This document shows, piece after piece, positions 1 through 14,416 of a stretch of 64,000 nucleotides of DNA. The notes under the pieces are model-generated. The model saw only the letters and a list, made by a program, of their open reading frames with translations, made no database searches and had not been told where the DNA came from. How positions within the stretch are numbered: position 1 is the stretch's first letter; the number at the start of each line of letters is the position of its first letter. The translations under genes and the position numbers were made by a program. Origin of the DNA: Oikopleura dioica (taxonomy: Eukaryota > Animalia > Chordata); the NCBI GenBank assembly GCA_907165135.1, contig OU015566.1, positions 1,488,001-1,552,000 of the forward strand, given 5' to 3'.

Positions 1-85
1 TTTGAATTTTTGAAATTTTGAATTTTTGAATTTTTGAAATTTTGAATTTTTGAATTTTTGAAATTTTGAATTTTTGAAATTTTGA
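1..85. repeat. Simple tandem repeat of TTTTGAA(A)T-type 8-9 bp units; similar tract at 2066-2165
   Basis: Directly visible runs of ttttgaat/ttttgaaat. Confidence 0.9.
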
Positions 86-93
86 ACACACAG

Positions 94-1835
94 ATCGGTG
101 GTTACATTTGTGGTGGCTGAGCATATAAGACTTTTTGATCAACATGGAACTGCTGTCAGTTCTATAGCCTCTACTTCCGAGTCACAATAAAAACGTTGGA
201 GACAACTTCTAGTACAACACAAGAAGGCCGAAAGAACCTAAAAAGAAAAACTGCGATCCCAAAACGAAGTTCGAGCGGGGCCGCCCTACACCCCTCCCGG
301 GAACAAGTCGGTGATGAGACTCGTTGTGGGCAAGCATTGTCGCTTTTCGAAACATGAATTTTGAAATTTTATCAGCACGGTATCCTCTGATTCAGAGTCA
401 CAATGAGTTATGCGTTCTTTCTTAAAAATCCCAAAACGAATTTGGGCTTCGCCACAGTTGCCCTGCCGGGTATAAATCGGTGGTTGGCCTGGTGTTGACC
501 GAGCATTGTCGATTTTTTAAGCGTCATTGCAGCTGCATTGTCTGCTCTATATCCTCTTATCTAGGGCAGGGATCTAAATTTTTCCCGAAAATCAATTGCG
601 ACGCAAAATATTCAGGAAATTGCGATGCGATTGCGATTTTTTCGCTAATTGCGAATTTTTCGCGAATTGCGATTTTGTCGCGATTTCTGAAATTTTAGTG
701 AAAAAATCACTTTAAAAGGATTTAAGACTATTTTTCGAACTCAGGCTTTTAATTCAGCCTTCAAAACACAGAAAAAAGGCTCTGAATCAAACAAAACTCA
801 GGTCAGAACATCGTGGGAGCAATTTGACAAGACCGAAATTCGCAAAAAAATCGCATTTTGCGAAATCTTGACGAAAACTGAGCTGCGATTGTGATGCGAT
901 TGCGATTCGGTCAGAAAAGTTCTTGCGATTGCGAATTTTCTGCGAAATCTCGCATCGCAATCGCAAAATATTCGCAAATTGCGATTTTCGCGAAAAAAAT
1001 TAGATACCTGATCTAGGGTCACAAAACACATAAAATCCGTTTCTGAGACTTTCGGGAGGTGATTTCTGTTGTGGTGTTTCATAAACATCCATTTGTGGCA
1101 ATGGAACTTGTTCTGGCTGATCATCTTTTTTGTCTGATCGTAGCCACTTCAAAGGATCACAAGATACAAAAAATTAAACCAATCAAAAAACCCGTTCCTG
1201 CCAATTTACGAAGAATCTTTTGATCTTTTCGAAAATGATTTCTGTCGTGGTAAATTAAAAAGTTCCCTTTTTTAAAAGAGAACTTTTTACTTTTGCTGAG
1301 CGTTGTTTAGCAAAACCCACTTTGGAGGATCACAAAATAAAACAAAGTTCAAGTCAATCCCTATCCGACTATTTCTCGCCCGTGATGATTGAAATTTTGG
1401 TGGCCGATCATGTTCCTCTTATGAAAGTATTTGGCAAGAGGGCTCGAAATGCCACTGGAACTATCGGTCGCCCTTGATCCGGGTCACAAAATGGAAGAAG
1501 TCGAGTCTAATCCAAACTCGAAATTGTTACAGATCGATCTAATTTTTAGATGTTTACAGTTGTGATGCGCCGCGAGAAGAGAGTTTTTGAGATAGTAGCG
1601 CTTTTTATACAGGCCAGCGCCGGGCTTGAAGAAGCAGTAAGGGAGGGTCACAATACTTGTGAAAAGGACAGAGCCAGAAGAGCAGACAATCCCGACCCTT
1701 GATGGTAGCGAGTATGATGCGTGAGCATCGTGAACTTATGAAGGTACAATCGCTGGGAGGACAAGTTCCCCGGGCCGCGTTTGAATGCACTTGCCGAACA
1801 TTTATCAAGACAATCATCAGTCTTCTGCCAAACAC
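94..1835 (-). other. Degenerate tandem array of eight ~140-215 bp cassettes, each with a K-x-x-M-L-x-H-H-x-x-N-H motif
   Basis: (G/A)TCACAA recurs at 181, 397, 1018, 1156, 1329, 1483, 1647, with ACAAT at 1810. Minus-strand translations between them align without gaps over about 14 codons, except one unit. Confidence 0.6.
561..1016. mobile_element. MITE-like element with internal (TGCGA/TCGCA)-rich repeats
   Basis: Imperfect terminal inverted repeats ctagggcagggatctaaatttt ... aaaaattagatacctgatctag; CTAG at both ends; no ORF of recognisable function. Confidence 0.6.
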
Positions 1836-2165
1836 AAAATGAAATCAAGATAAATGTTCCATTAAAACGAGTAAAAGCATTTTTTTTAAATCCTCATATA
1901 AACCACAAGTCAATTATGAGTAGAAAATATATCATGAGTAAAAAAGTATAATTTTTTGAAAATCATCAATTATGCACCGGGTAAACTCGTAACTAGCCCT
2001 TGTAAAAATTCCCCCGCCCCACCCCTAGCTTCCAAAATAACCACGTCTCACAATTTCTAAAGAAATAGAAATTTTGAATTTTAGAAATTTTGAATTTTTG
2101 AATTTTTGAAATTTTGAAATTTTAGAAATTTTGAATTTTCGAATTTTTGAAATTTTGAAATTTTT

Positions 2166-2350
2166 GATTATAATACTTTTTGATTATAATACTTTTTCGT
2201 TATAACAAATTTCGACAGAAAAAGTATTATAACACAGAAGTTTATAACCAAAAAGTATTATAACAAAAAAGTTTATAACCAAAAAGTATTATAATGAAAA
2301 AGATTATATTGAAAAAGTTTTATAATAAAGAAGAATTAGATTCAAAAAGA
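2166..2350. repeat. AT-rich degenerate repeat (aaaaagtattataac-like units)
   Basis: Visible repeated ttataa/gtattata units in both orientations. Confidence 0.7.
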
Positions 2351-2443
2351 TTTATAACTGAGAAGACGAACTCATCAGAGACGAGTTAAAGGTTTGTTCA
2401 ATTTGTTGTTTTCTTGACATTTGAAAATTTTCAGAAATTCAAT

Positions 2444-3357
2444 GCGGCGTGGCTATCAAAAGAAACTCCAACAAACGATGAAATCAAAAGCTTATCAAAA
2501 ATGATTTCGCTAAAAAACGCGCCTTCCCATTTTTGCCTGAACGATCGAAACTTGACAAAGTCCTCTGCGATGGCCAATCTCAAACAGAAAATGACAAAAC
2601 AAATCAATTTCGACTTCAAAAACGTGACGAAGAATGTTTTGAACCAAAAAGAAAGCAATCTTTGTGTCCCTATTTCAGTCACTACTCTTTTGAGATGGGC
2701 CATCAAAAATGATTTAAGAGTTGATGATTGGAAAATGGAAGGTGCGTATTCTTTTGAAAAAATCTTCACAATCCTGACGATGGTGATTTATCCGCGCAGT
2801 TTGGCTGGACTCAACCTCAATCCGAAGTTTGAAGAACAAGATTTTCAAACGAACGAAATTGCGTTGCTTCTAAAAAGATTGAAATTTGAAACTTATTTGA
2901 ATAAAAGTGGATGGGAAATGATAACTTATGATGGTGGAAAGTTTGAGTTTGAAAAAGGTAAAAAATTCAAAAAAAGTCTAAAAAATACAAAGTTTCAGTG
3001 CTCCTCCATCACAACTTCTCAAATTTCACGCGTCCCCTTACCGTCACTGGTTCCTACCTGAGTCCCGACGGAGAAGTGTTTTTCCACCAAATGGTGCTCG
3101 ACCGAATCGAAAACTCAAAATTAATTCTCCAAAACACTCTCATTGGGCATTCTGGCACTAAAATCGAAATTCCTCAGGACAGGCCATTCTACACCGATTA
3201 CTACGTGATGACAGATTGCTACGACCGCTACAAAAAATATGAGTATCACGGAGACAAGGGCGAGTTTATGACTCTGGCGAGCGAGCAGATCAAAAATATG
3301 AAGAAAGAAACTTGGTATCTTCTCCCACAGGCGTATTCGATCATTCTCAGAAAATAA
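2444..3357 (+). CDS. Putative papain-fold cysteine peptidase-like protein (5' end unresolved)
   Basis: ORFs 2414-3061 and 2998-3357 join in frame via a 41 nt GT-AG intron at 2958-2998. Motifs QKESNLCVPIS (Gln/Cys) and FFHQMVLD...LILQNT (His/Asn) have papain/C39-like order. Confidence 0.5.
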
Positions 3358-4221
3358 TAAAAATCAATTTTCCAATGTTTGATACTTAAACACGTGGATA
3401 GGGATCTCCGCCCTTCTGTTTTCTTGGCTCAAGAAATTTTCCGTCGAAAAATAAATTTTCTTTTTCTAATTTCTGAAATAAAAGCCCTTCCTGTATGTTT
3501 TGACATCACTTCTTGCAAAAGCTGATCATTTCTTCTCAAATATTTTCCCCAGAAAAGGTTAATTAGGGCTTAAAGTTTGGATTTAAGGGTAGGGTTTAGG
3601 GCTAGTGTTGAGTAATGTATTATTTCCCGGCGTGTCGAGGGTCAGGCTAAAATCTCGGCGAGTCGACGGTGTCCCGTTAAATGCTTTAATGAAAATGGCC
3701 TCAAGTGACTAGAATGGCCGCAATGGCTAAAATATTCAATAATGATAATAATGATAATGATAATAATAATAATGATTCCTGATTATTTGTTTTTGATTGA
3801 CAACAATGATTGGTTGATGTAATAAAGAAGCACACGATTATGCCCACCCAAAATAATTATGCCGGCAGAGCACCGGAGATAATGTAGCAATTGGTCAATC
3901 ATCTGAGGCTCAAGTGGGATTTTAGAATAGCAGATAGTATGATCTTCAAAGAGCATCAATGCTCAATTAATCATTCATCCTTTAACGAACCGTGTTTCGA
4001 TATGATATCGAATGTAAAGCCGGTGATATACTTCCAAGTTGAAAGTTCCATCAAGAGTTTTTATCATAATTGAAGTTTCTATCGGGAAGAGGGGGAGCCA
4101 CAAATAACCCCGATAGAAACGGTCAAGTTTTGATAAATCAAAATTTTCTCGCAGCCCACAAAATGCGGTTTTCCTTCAAAACGGTTCAAAATCAAGGCTT
4201 AGTATAAACATGTCTAATTGT

Positions 4222-5752
4222 TTATTCACACATTATAAAAAAAATGAACAGAAGAAGAATTGCTGAAGAAATTTTAGTGCTAGTTGAGCTTGAAGAACTT
4301 TCAATATTTTTTTCATTGAGGTTGAAATTAAAATTGATATCAGCGTCGATCTTGAAACTGATTTCGATTGAAGGATGTTTGCTCACATCATAATTTATGA
4401 TTTGAGAAGAAATCGTTGGCTCTAGAATTGTTGAATTTTCGCGTGGAAGAATGCAAAGCCCCATGATCAAATTTGAACAATTCTCCGGCGCCCAAAGAGG
4501 AAGTGAATCATTATTCTGAAAGGCGAGTTTTTAGACTTTAAAATTTAGACTTTCTGGATTGCAAAATTTCATCTAAGGTAAAGCCCTTACCACTGAAACA
4601 CATCTTTTCTCCTCGTCGAAATCTGGCATCGCCGCCCAGAGCAAGAACTGAATCGATTTTCCATCCATCCTTCTCCATTTTCCATCATCAAGATGAACTC
4701 CTAGCCAAAATTTTTCATTGAAACCAGTATTGTTGTTCACGGGCATGAAACTACTCAAAGCGTAGTTTTCTTCAAAAGTTGTCGGCATCGGCAAAGTTGA
4801 ATTATGAAGTTTTGAACAGGTGTTTTCTACATTTTCTTTGTTGTCTGCGGGAAGAATATGCCCACAGGAGGAGTCAGAGATTGGGACAAAGGGGGTTCTA
4901 CAACCAGCGATGATCTCGAAGGAGGATTCTTGAGGATAAATTGCTTCTTCCTCAATTTGATTTTGATGCGGATCAAAATTTTCTTCAGTTTGATTTTCAC
5001 TTTGAATCAGATGAAAATTTTCATCCTGAGTTTCTTTCAATTCTTCAGAAAAAGCTTCGAGGTCGACGTTTTCATTCGTCATTATCGCTTTCATCAAATC
5101 TGAGTCCTCCACCCCAGATTTTTGACCAATGAAAGCGATGAGATTCAAAAAGTCCGTCCCGTTTTCTCGTGATATTTCTTTGAAGATTTCTTCGATCTCG
5201 ACCCCTTTATTGTTTGATAGCTGAATTTCTAGTGCTTCTTGAACTTTGAGCATTTTGGTGATGTCTTCTGAAGACTCCAAGCTCAAGAAAACAGCGCTCA
5301 TAACCGCCATTGAGCTTCGAAACTCTTCAATTTTCTCCCAATTCTCAAATCGCCCGATTTTCGGGGGAAAATCAACAGGAGCGCGAATGGCCTTTGGATC
5401 TTCGCGATGAGTTTGGCAGAAAGAATACCGCTCTCGTATTTTGAAGTCATCGTCAAGCTTCGTCGGCTGTTGTTGAAGATTCACGACGAGAAAATCCTGC
5501 GTTTCCGACTCGAAAACGTCGTTGTCTGGCAAAGGCTCTCCCTCCCACGATCCCCAATTGTCTATTTCAAGGGCATTTCCGTGTCGATCGACCCAGTTTC
5601 CTTCGTCTTCATGATCCGAGTACCCGAGCCAAAGCTTTTCGAGACCGAGGTCTTTTTTTCTCGGCGCGCTGAGTGAAGCTTTCAGAAACCAATTTTTCTC
5701 ATGAGCGAGGAAGACGGGAAGTGTGCCATTGATTTTGGAACAATTTTCAGAG
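4222..5752 (-). CDS. Two-domain C-type lectin-like protein with hydrophobic C-terminus (GPI-like); first exon(s) probably upstream near 6370-6420
   Basis: CTL1: ASENCSKINGTLP...KLWLGYSDHEDEGNWVD...DNW. CTL2: ENTCSKLHNSTLP...FWLGVH...W...RCVSV. Ends SSSSSTSTKISSAILLLFIFFIMCE. Confidence 0.75.
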
Positions 5753-5887
5753 GCTAAAATTTACTGTTAAATTTTGAGTAAAAAAAAAAGAAAATATCTA
5801 AAAAGCCGAAAATTTAAAAAAAAAAATTTGCGATTTTTCGGGGAAAATTGGATTTAAGATTTTCCTTTTTTTGACCAAAACATTTTG

Positions 5888-6231
5888 TTAAGGACCACCC
5901 CGCCAACAATTTTCCTCAAAATATTGAAAATTTAAAAACAGCCATATTTTGGCTTCTGAGTGCGCCTGGAGGTTAAATTTATCATAAAAACTTGTTGGGA
6001 GCACTTTTTGTCCAATAAAAATCTAAAATTTAAGCAAAATTGCGACTTTTTCGTCATTTTTTGTCAAAAAATCTAATTTTCAAACTCGATTTTGAGGGTG
6101 TTAGAGTCGAGATAGACCCCCAAAAAATGGAGCCTCAAAATCGTTTTTGACCAAAAGAATCCATTTCCGGGGTCAAAATTTCGAAATTCCGAAAATAGAT
6201 TTTTTGAAAATTGTTGACGGGGGTTCCTTAA
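5888..6231. mobile_element. TTAA-flanked MITE, copy 1 of 3 (~340 bp family)
   Basis: ttaaggaccaccccgccaacaatttt ... aaaattgttgacgggggttccttaa; interior is the reverse complement of copies at 13495 and 29102. Confidence 0.85.
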
Positions 6232-6404
6232 CCAGAATCTTTTAATACCTGTAAAAAAGTCCACTTTTGGAAAAAGCACAAAACAAGAGCCGTGAAAAAG
6301 CTCTCTTGCTCCAAAATTGATATCAAGAAAAGGAGCTGGGCAAAAAGTCATATTTTCTCTCTTTATCTTAGGTCCATGGATTCAATATTCTTCGTATTTT
6401 ATAA

Positions 6405-8939
<2,535 letters not shown>

Positions 8940-9042
8940 TAATTAAGCTAAAAACAAAGATAATTTGACTTTTTAAAACAATGGGTGTGGGTGGGGTTGG
9001 GGACGAAACTGAGATTGATCCACTTATTGTTCCAAGCCTATA

Positions 9043-10578
9043 TCAAGCCCCTTAAATAAAAAAATCAAGTAACGGGGCTGAGACGGCCCGAAGGGCCGTC
9101 ATGCCCCTTAAATAAAAAAATCAAGTAACGGGGCTGAGACGGCCCGAAGGGCCGTCAAGCCCCTTAAATAAAAAAATCAAGTAACGGGGCTGAGACGGCC
9201 CGAAGGGCCGTCAAGCCCCTTAAATAAAAAATTCAAGTAACGGGGCTGAGACGGCCCGAAGGGCCGTCAAGCCCCTTAAATAAAAATCAAGTAACGGGGC
9301 TGAGACGGCCCGAAGGGCCGTCAAGCCCCTTAAATAAAAATCAAGTAACGGGGCTGAGACGGCCCGAAGGGCCGTCAAGCCCCTTAAATAAAAATTCAAG
9401 TAACGGGGCTGAGACGGCCCGAAGGGCCGTCAAGCCCCTTAAATAAAAATCAAGTAACGGGGCTGAGACGGCCCGAAGGGCCGTCAAGCCCTTAAATAAA
9501 AATCAAGTAACGGGGCTGAGACGGCCCGAAGGGCCGTCAAGCCCCTTAAATAAAAATCAAGTAACGGGGCTGAGACGGCCCGAAGGGCCGTCAAGCCCCT
9601 TAAATAAAAATCAAGTAACGGGGCTGAGACGGCCCGAAGGGCCGTCAAGCCCCTTAAATAAAAATCAAGTAACGGGGCTGAGACGGCCCGAAGGGCCGTC
9701 AAGCCCTTAAATAAAAATCAAGTAACGGGGCTGAGACGGCCCGAAGGGCCGTCAAGCCCCTTAAATAAAAAAATCAAGTAACGGGGCTGAGACGGCCCGA
9801 AGGGCCGTCAAGCCCCTTAAATAAAAAAATCAAGTAACGGGGCTGAGACGGCCCGAAGGGCCGTCAAGCCCCTTAAATAAAAAAATCAAGTAACGGGGCT
9901 GAGACGGCCCGAAGGGCCGTCAAGCCCCTTAAATAAAAAAATCAAGTAACGGGGCTGAGACGGCCCGAAGGGCCGTCAAGCCCCTTAAATAAAAAAATCA
10001 AGTAACGGGGCTGAGACGGCCCGAAGGGCCGTCAAGCCCCTTAAATAAAAAAATCAAGTAACGGGGCTGAGACGGCCCGAAGGGCCGTCAAGCCCCTTAA
10101 ATAAAAAAATCAAGTAACGGGGCTGAGACGGCCCGAAGGGCCGTCAAGCCCCTTAAATAAAAAAATCAAGTAACGGGGCTGAGACGGCCCGAAGGGCCGT
10201 CAAGCCCCTTAAATAAAAATCAAGTAACGGGGCTGAGACGGCCCGAAGGGCCGTCAAGCCCTTAAATAAAAATCAAGTAACGGGGCTGAGACGGCCCGAA
10301 GGGCCGTCAAGCCCCTTAAATAAAAATCAAGTAACGGGGCTGAGACGGCCCGAAGGGCCGTCAAGCCCCTTAAATAAAAAAATCAAGTAACGGGGCTGAG
10401 ACGGCCCGAAGGGCCGTCAAGCCCCTTAAATAAAAAAATCAAGTAACGGGGCTGAGACGGCCCGAAGGGCCGTCAAGCCCCTTAAATAAAAAAATCAAGT
10501 AACGGGGCTGAGACGGCCCGAAGGGCCGTCAAGCCCCTTAAATAAAAAAATCAAGTAACGGGGCTGAGACGGCCCGAA
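9043..10578. repeat. Minisatellite of 54-56 bp, 27 complete units plus a partial one, each with a perfect 8 bp-stem GAA-loop hairpin
   Basis: Unit aagccccttaaat(a5-7)tcaagtaacggggctgagacggcccgaagggccgtc, counted by eye; units differ almost only in homopolymer length. Confidence 0.97.
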
Positions 10579-10854
10579 AATTATAAAACGAGGGGTCTGT
10601 CGATAGCTTAGAATGCAATGAGAAAGGTAGATTTCTCTGTTTTGAAGAAGTTCTATTGACAATAATATTCGTCTGGATTCATAATTCAAATCGGCTGATT
10701 TTCCAGTCAAAGATTGCCAAAGCGGTCTTTATTTAAAAAAACTGGCTCTTTATTCATAAATCAAGGAAGGGGGCTTATTCATTTAAAATGAATCATTTTA
10801 CGCAAAGTTTTTTTTGATGAAAACCCAACATTATTAACTAGGCTAATTCAATTA

Positions 10855-11239
10855 CAGTCGGAGTCCAGAATAAGGGACACCAAGATAAGGGACTTTTTGG
10901 CTCTAAATGCCGAAAATCAGCGGCAGAAAAATCCAATTTAAGGGACTTTCTGAGATTAGTAAGCTTTTTCGGTTAGCTGAGAGTCAATAAATGGTATCAA
11001 TAACCTTGATTTCAACCAATTTTGCCGCAAACTGAAGTGATTTCCCTTTCAGTATATGGTTTCCTCTTTCAAAAATGTCATAAATTCCACAAAAACAATG
11101 ACTTCAGCTTATTTTGCCGCAAAAAATATACTTTGAAAAAATTTGGCAGCGACATATTTTTTGCTTTGATGACCCAATTTAAGGGACTTTTTTCGAAAAT
11201 TTTAGAGCAAAAAAAGTCCCTTATTTTGGACTCCGACTG
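10855..11239. mobile_element. Tc1/mariner-type MITE (385 bp)
   Basis: 24 bp TIR cagtcggagtcca(g/a)aataagggac with one mismatch; TA on both flanks; CAGT termini. Confidence 0.85.
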
Positions 11240-11249
11240 TAATGGTGAG

Positions 11250-11431
11250 CCCCGGGCGCCCGCGGGCGCGAAAAAAATTTCCACGGGCGCGGGAGGGCGC
11301 GGGGGCCAGATCAAAAATTTTCTACGGGCGCGGGCGGGCGCGGGGGCCAAATCCGAGATTTCTTGCGGGTACGGGGGGCGCGGGCGCCCGTGGCCCCCGC
11401 CCGCGGCCCCCGCGGGGTTCGCGGGCGGGTT
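11250..11431. repeat. GC-rich dispersed element, copy 2
   Basis: Same gcgggcgggcgcggggg units as 8644-8888. Confidence 0.75.
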
Positions 11432-12213
11432 TTTTCAAACACTGCGCATAGTATTCTTGAGAAATTAAATTTTCCACTGTTCAATGTAAATGATTATATT
11501 AAACGACTAAAATAGCTTCATTCTTGTTATTTTAAAAATAAAAAATATAAATAAATAAAGTTTATACATGAAAAATAAAGATTGACATATGAAATTTCCA
11601 GTTGTTTGTGAGATTTATCAAAATTATGCCAATTGTTTACAAAAATTATCTTGAGTAAATTTTCATAAATAGTTGGCATAATCTGAATATTCCCCCAGTT
11701 AATTTTGCAATTTCCAACTTTACAGATCTCTCTCTATATATGTCTTTTTCATTCTCATTTGTATATCTCGTAGATTTCGAGCATTTCTTCAAAGACGCAT
11801 TAGATTCTCTTCTCGCCTTTACTAGAGAAAAAAATCTACAAGCGCCTTTTTTGAAAACTCCGGGGAATTTAAAACTGGCATGAAAAATGAAAAGAGGAGG
11901 AGTATTTATAGCCCAGGAAGAATTCTCCTGAGAGAAAATGAGAAGTCGGAAAATACTTCGAAATTTTCATGATTTTCAAGTTAATTCGTGAACAAAAGAG
12001 ACGATACAAGTAGGTATTTGATGGATCTTTTGCCTCTCGAAAATTAGGGAACGAAGATGTTAATTTAATAGAAGGCACCATTGATGGTTGCGATTGAAGC
12101 GGCGTGTACTCAGTATATTTTATCGCATAGACCGGAAATGAGTTACCACATTTGCTCTCCTTAAGCTGCCGGCAAGTTGATTTCTTCATCAAACCTGAAA
12201 ATGAGCTTTTGAG

Positions 12214-13297
<1,084 letters not shown>

Positions 13298-13494
13298 TAA
13301 AATTTTTCCTTATTTGACAAATCTTGTTGAAATACACTTGCAGTAAATTATTAAATGCTTTTTATTTGCCGTTATTTTAAGCAAAGAAAAAAAATTGGGA
13401 GTCACTTAATAGCGCCGCCTTCTGCCGCCCGGTCCTGCTTCAAATTGCTCTTCTCGAAGATTCTCGGCGTTTCAATGAAGATTTTTTTTTCTTA

Positions 13495-13840
13495 TTAAGG
13501 ACCCCCCCGTCAACAATTTTCGAAAAATCTATTTTCGGAATTTCAAAATTTTGACCCCGGAAATGGATTGTACGGGTCAAAAAACGATTTTGGGGCTTCA
13601 TTTTTTGGGGGTCTATCTCGACTCTAACACCCTCAAAATTGCGTTTGAAAATCGGACTTTTTGACGAAAAAAGACGAAAAGGTCCCAATTTTGCTTTAAT
13701 TTCGGATTCTTATTGGTCAAAAATTGCTCCGAACAAGTTTTCTTGATAAATTGAACTTCCAGGAACGCTAAGAAGCCAAAATATGGCTTTTTTGAAATTT
13801 TCGGTTTTTTGAGGAAAATTGTTGACGGGGGGGTCCTTAA
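13495..13840. mobile_element. TTAA-flanked MITE, copy 2 of 3
   Basis: ttaaggaccccccgtcaacaattttc ... gaaaattgttgacgggggggtccttaa. Confidence 0.9.
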
Positions 13841-14416
13841 GACGTTTATTTTCGTATATTTGAAAAGTCTGACCACTAGAAAAATGAAAACTAATAATTT
13901 AGGGTGTTCTCCATATTTTTGCATAAAATCATCAATAAATTTAGCACGCGACGGGCCAGAGGCCCTTACGCGCGCATTTTCTGGTAGAAAACTCATCAAG
14001 TTGGCGGGGCCCAACTCTCGCTCTTGTTCCGATCACTTAGTTTGGCCAGGATTTGGTCAGACGAGACCCGGTTTGTACCGAACTGGGCGGCGCAGGGCGC
14101 TATTCAGTACCCCCCAAAAAATTATTTTTGACGCAATATCCCGATAAAATTCTTTTTGGTATCATTTTTTTAATCGACATTCTGAACTTTGTTGTTAAAA
14201 TCTTCATTGAAGTCGTTGTTGTTGTCGTTTGAGTATTTTCGTGAAAATTATATTTTACTTCGAATTATTACGAACGATCTTAACGGTAGAGGTATTACAC
14301 AATTCGCTAAAAAGCCGAAGATCAATCGTAAAATTTAACGTTCATGTCCAAGTGTTAAAGAAACAACGTTTATTGTGACAAAAAGCCGCTAGCAGAATTT
14401 TCCAGCTTTTTGTAGA

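Noticed and set aside
135-190. Subtilisin-like HGTAVSSIA motif
   Set aside because: Stop codon follows within a few residues; no Asp or Ser catalytic motifs nearby.
310-391. Possible box C/D snoRNA (GTGATGA ... CTGA)
   Set aside because: Weak terminal stem, boxes not conserved in the sibling cassettes, and no convincing rRNA complement identifiable by eye.
9484-9702. ORF of repeated LTALRAVSAPLLDFYLRG
   Set aside because: Arises only where satellite units are 54 bp (a multiple of 3); an artefact of the repeat.
9043-10578. CRISPR-like array or hammerhead ribozyme array
   Set aside because: No unique spacers between repeats. CTGAGA...TCAA does not match the hammerhead core CUGANGA...GAAA on either strand.
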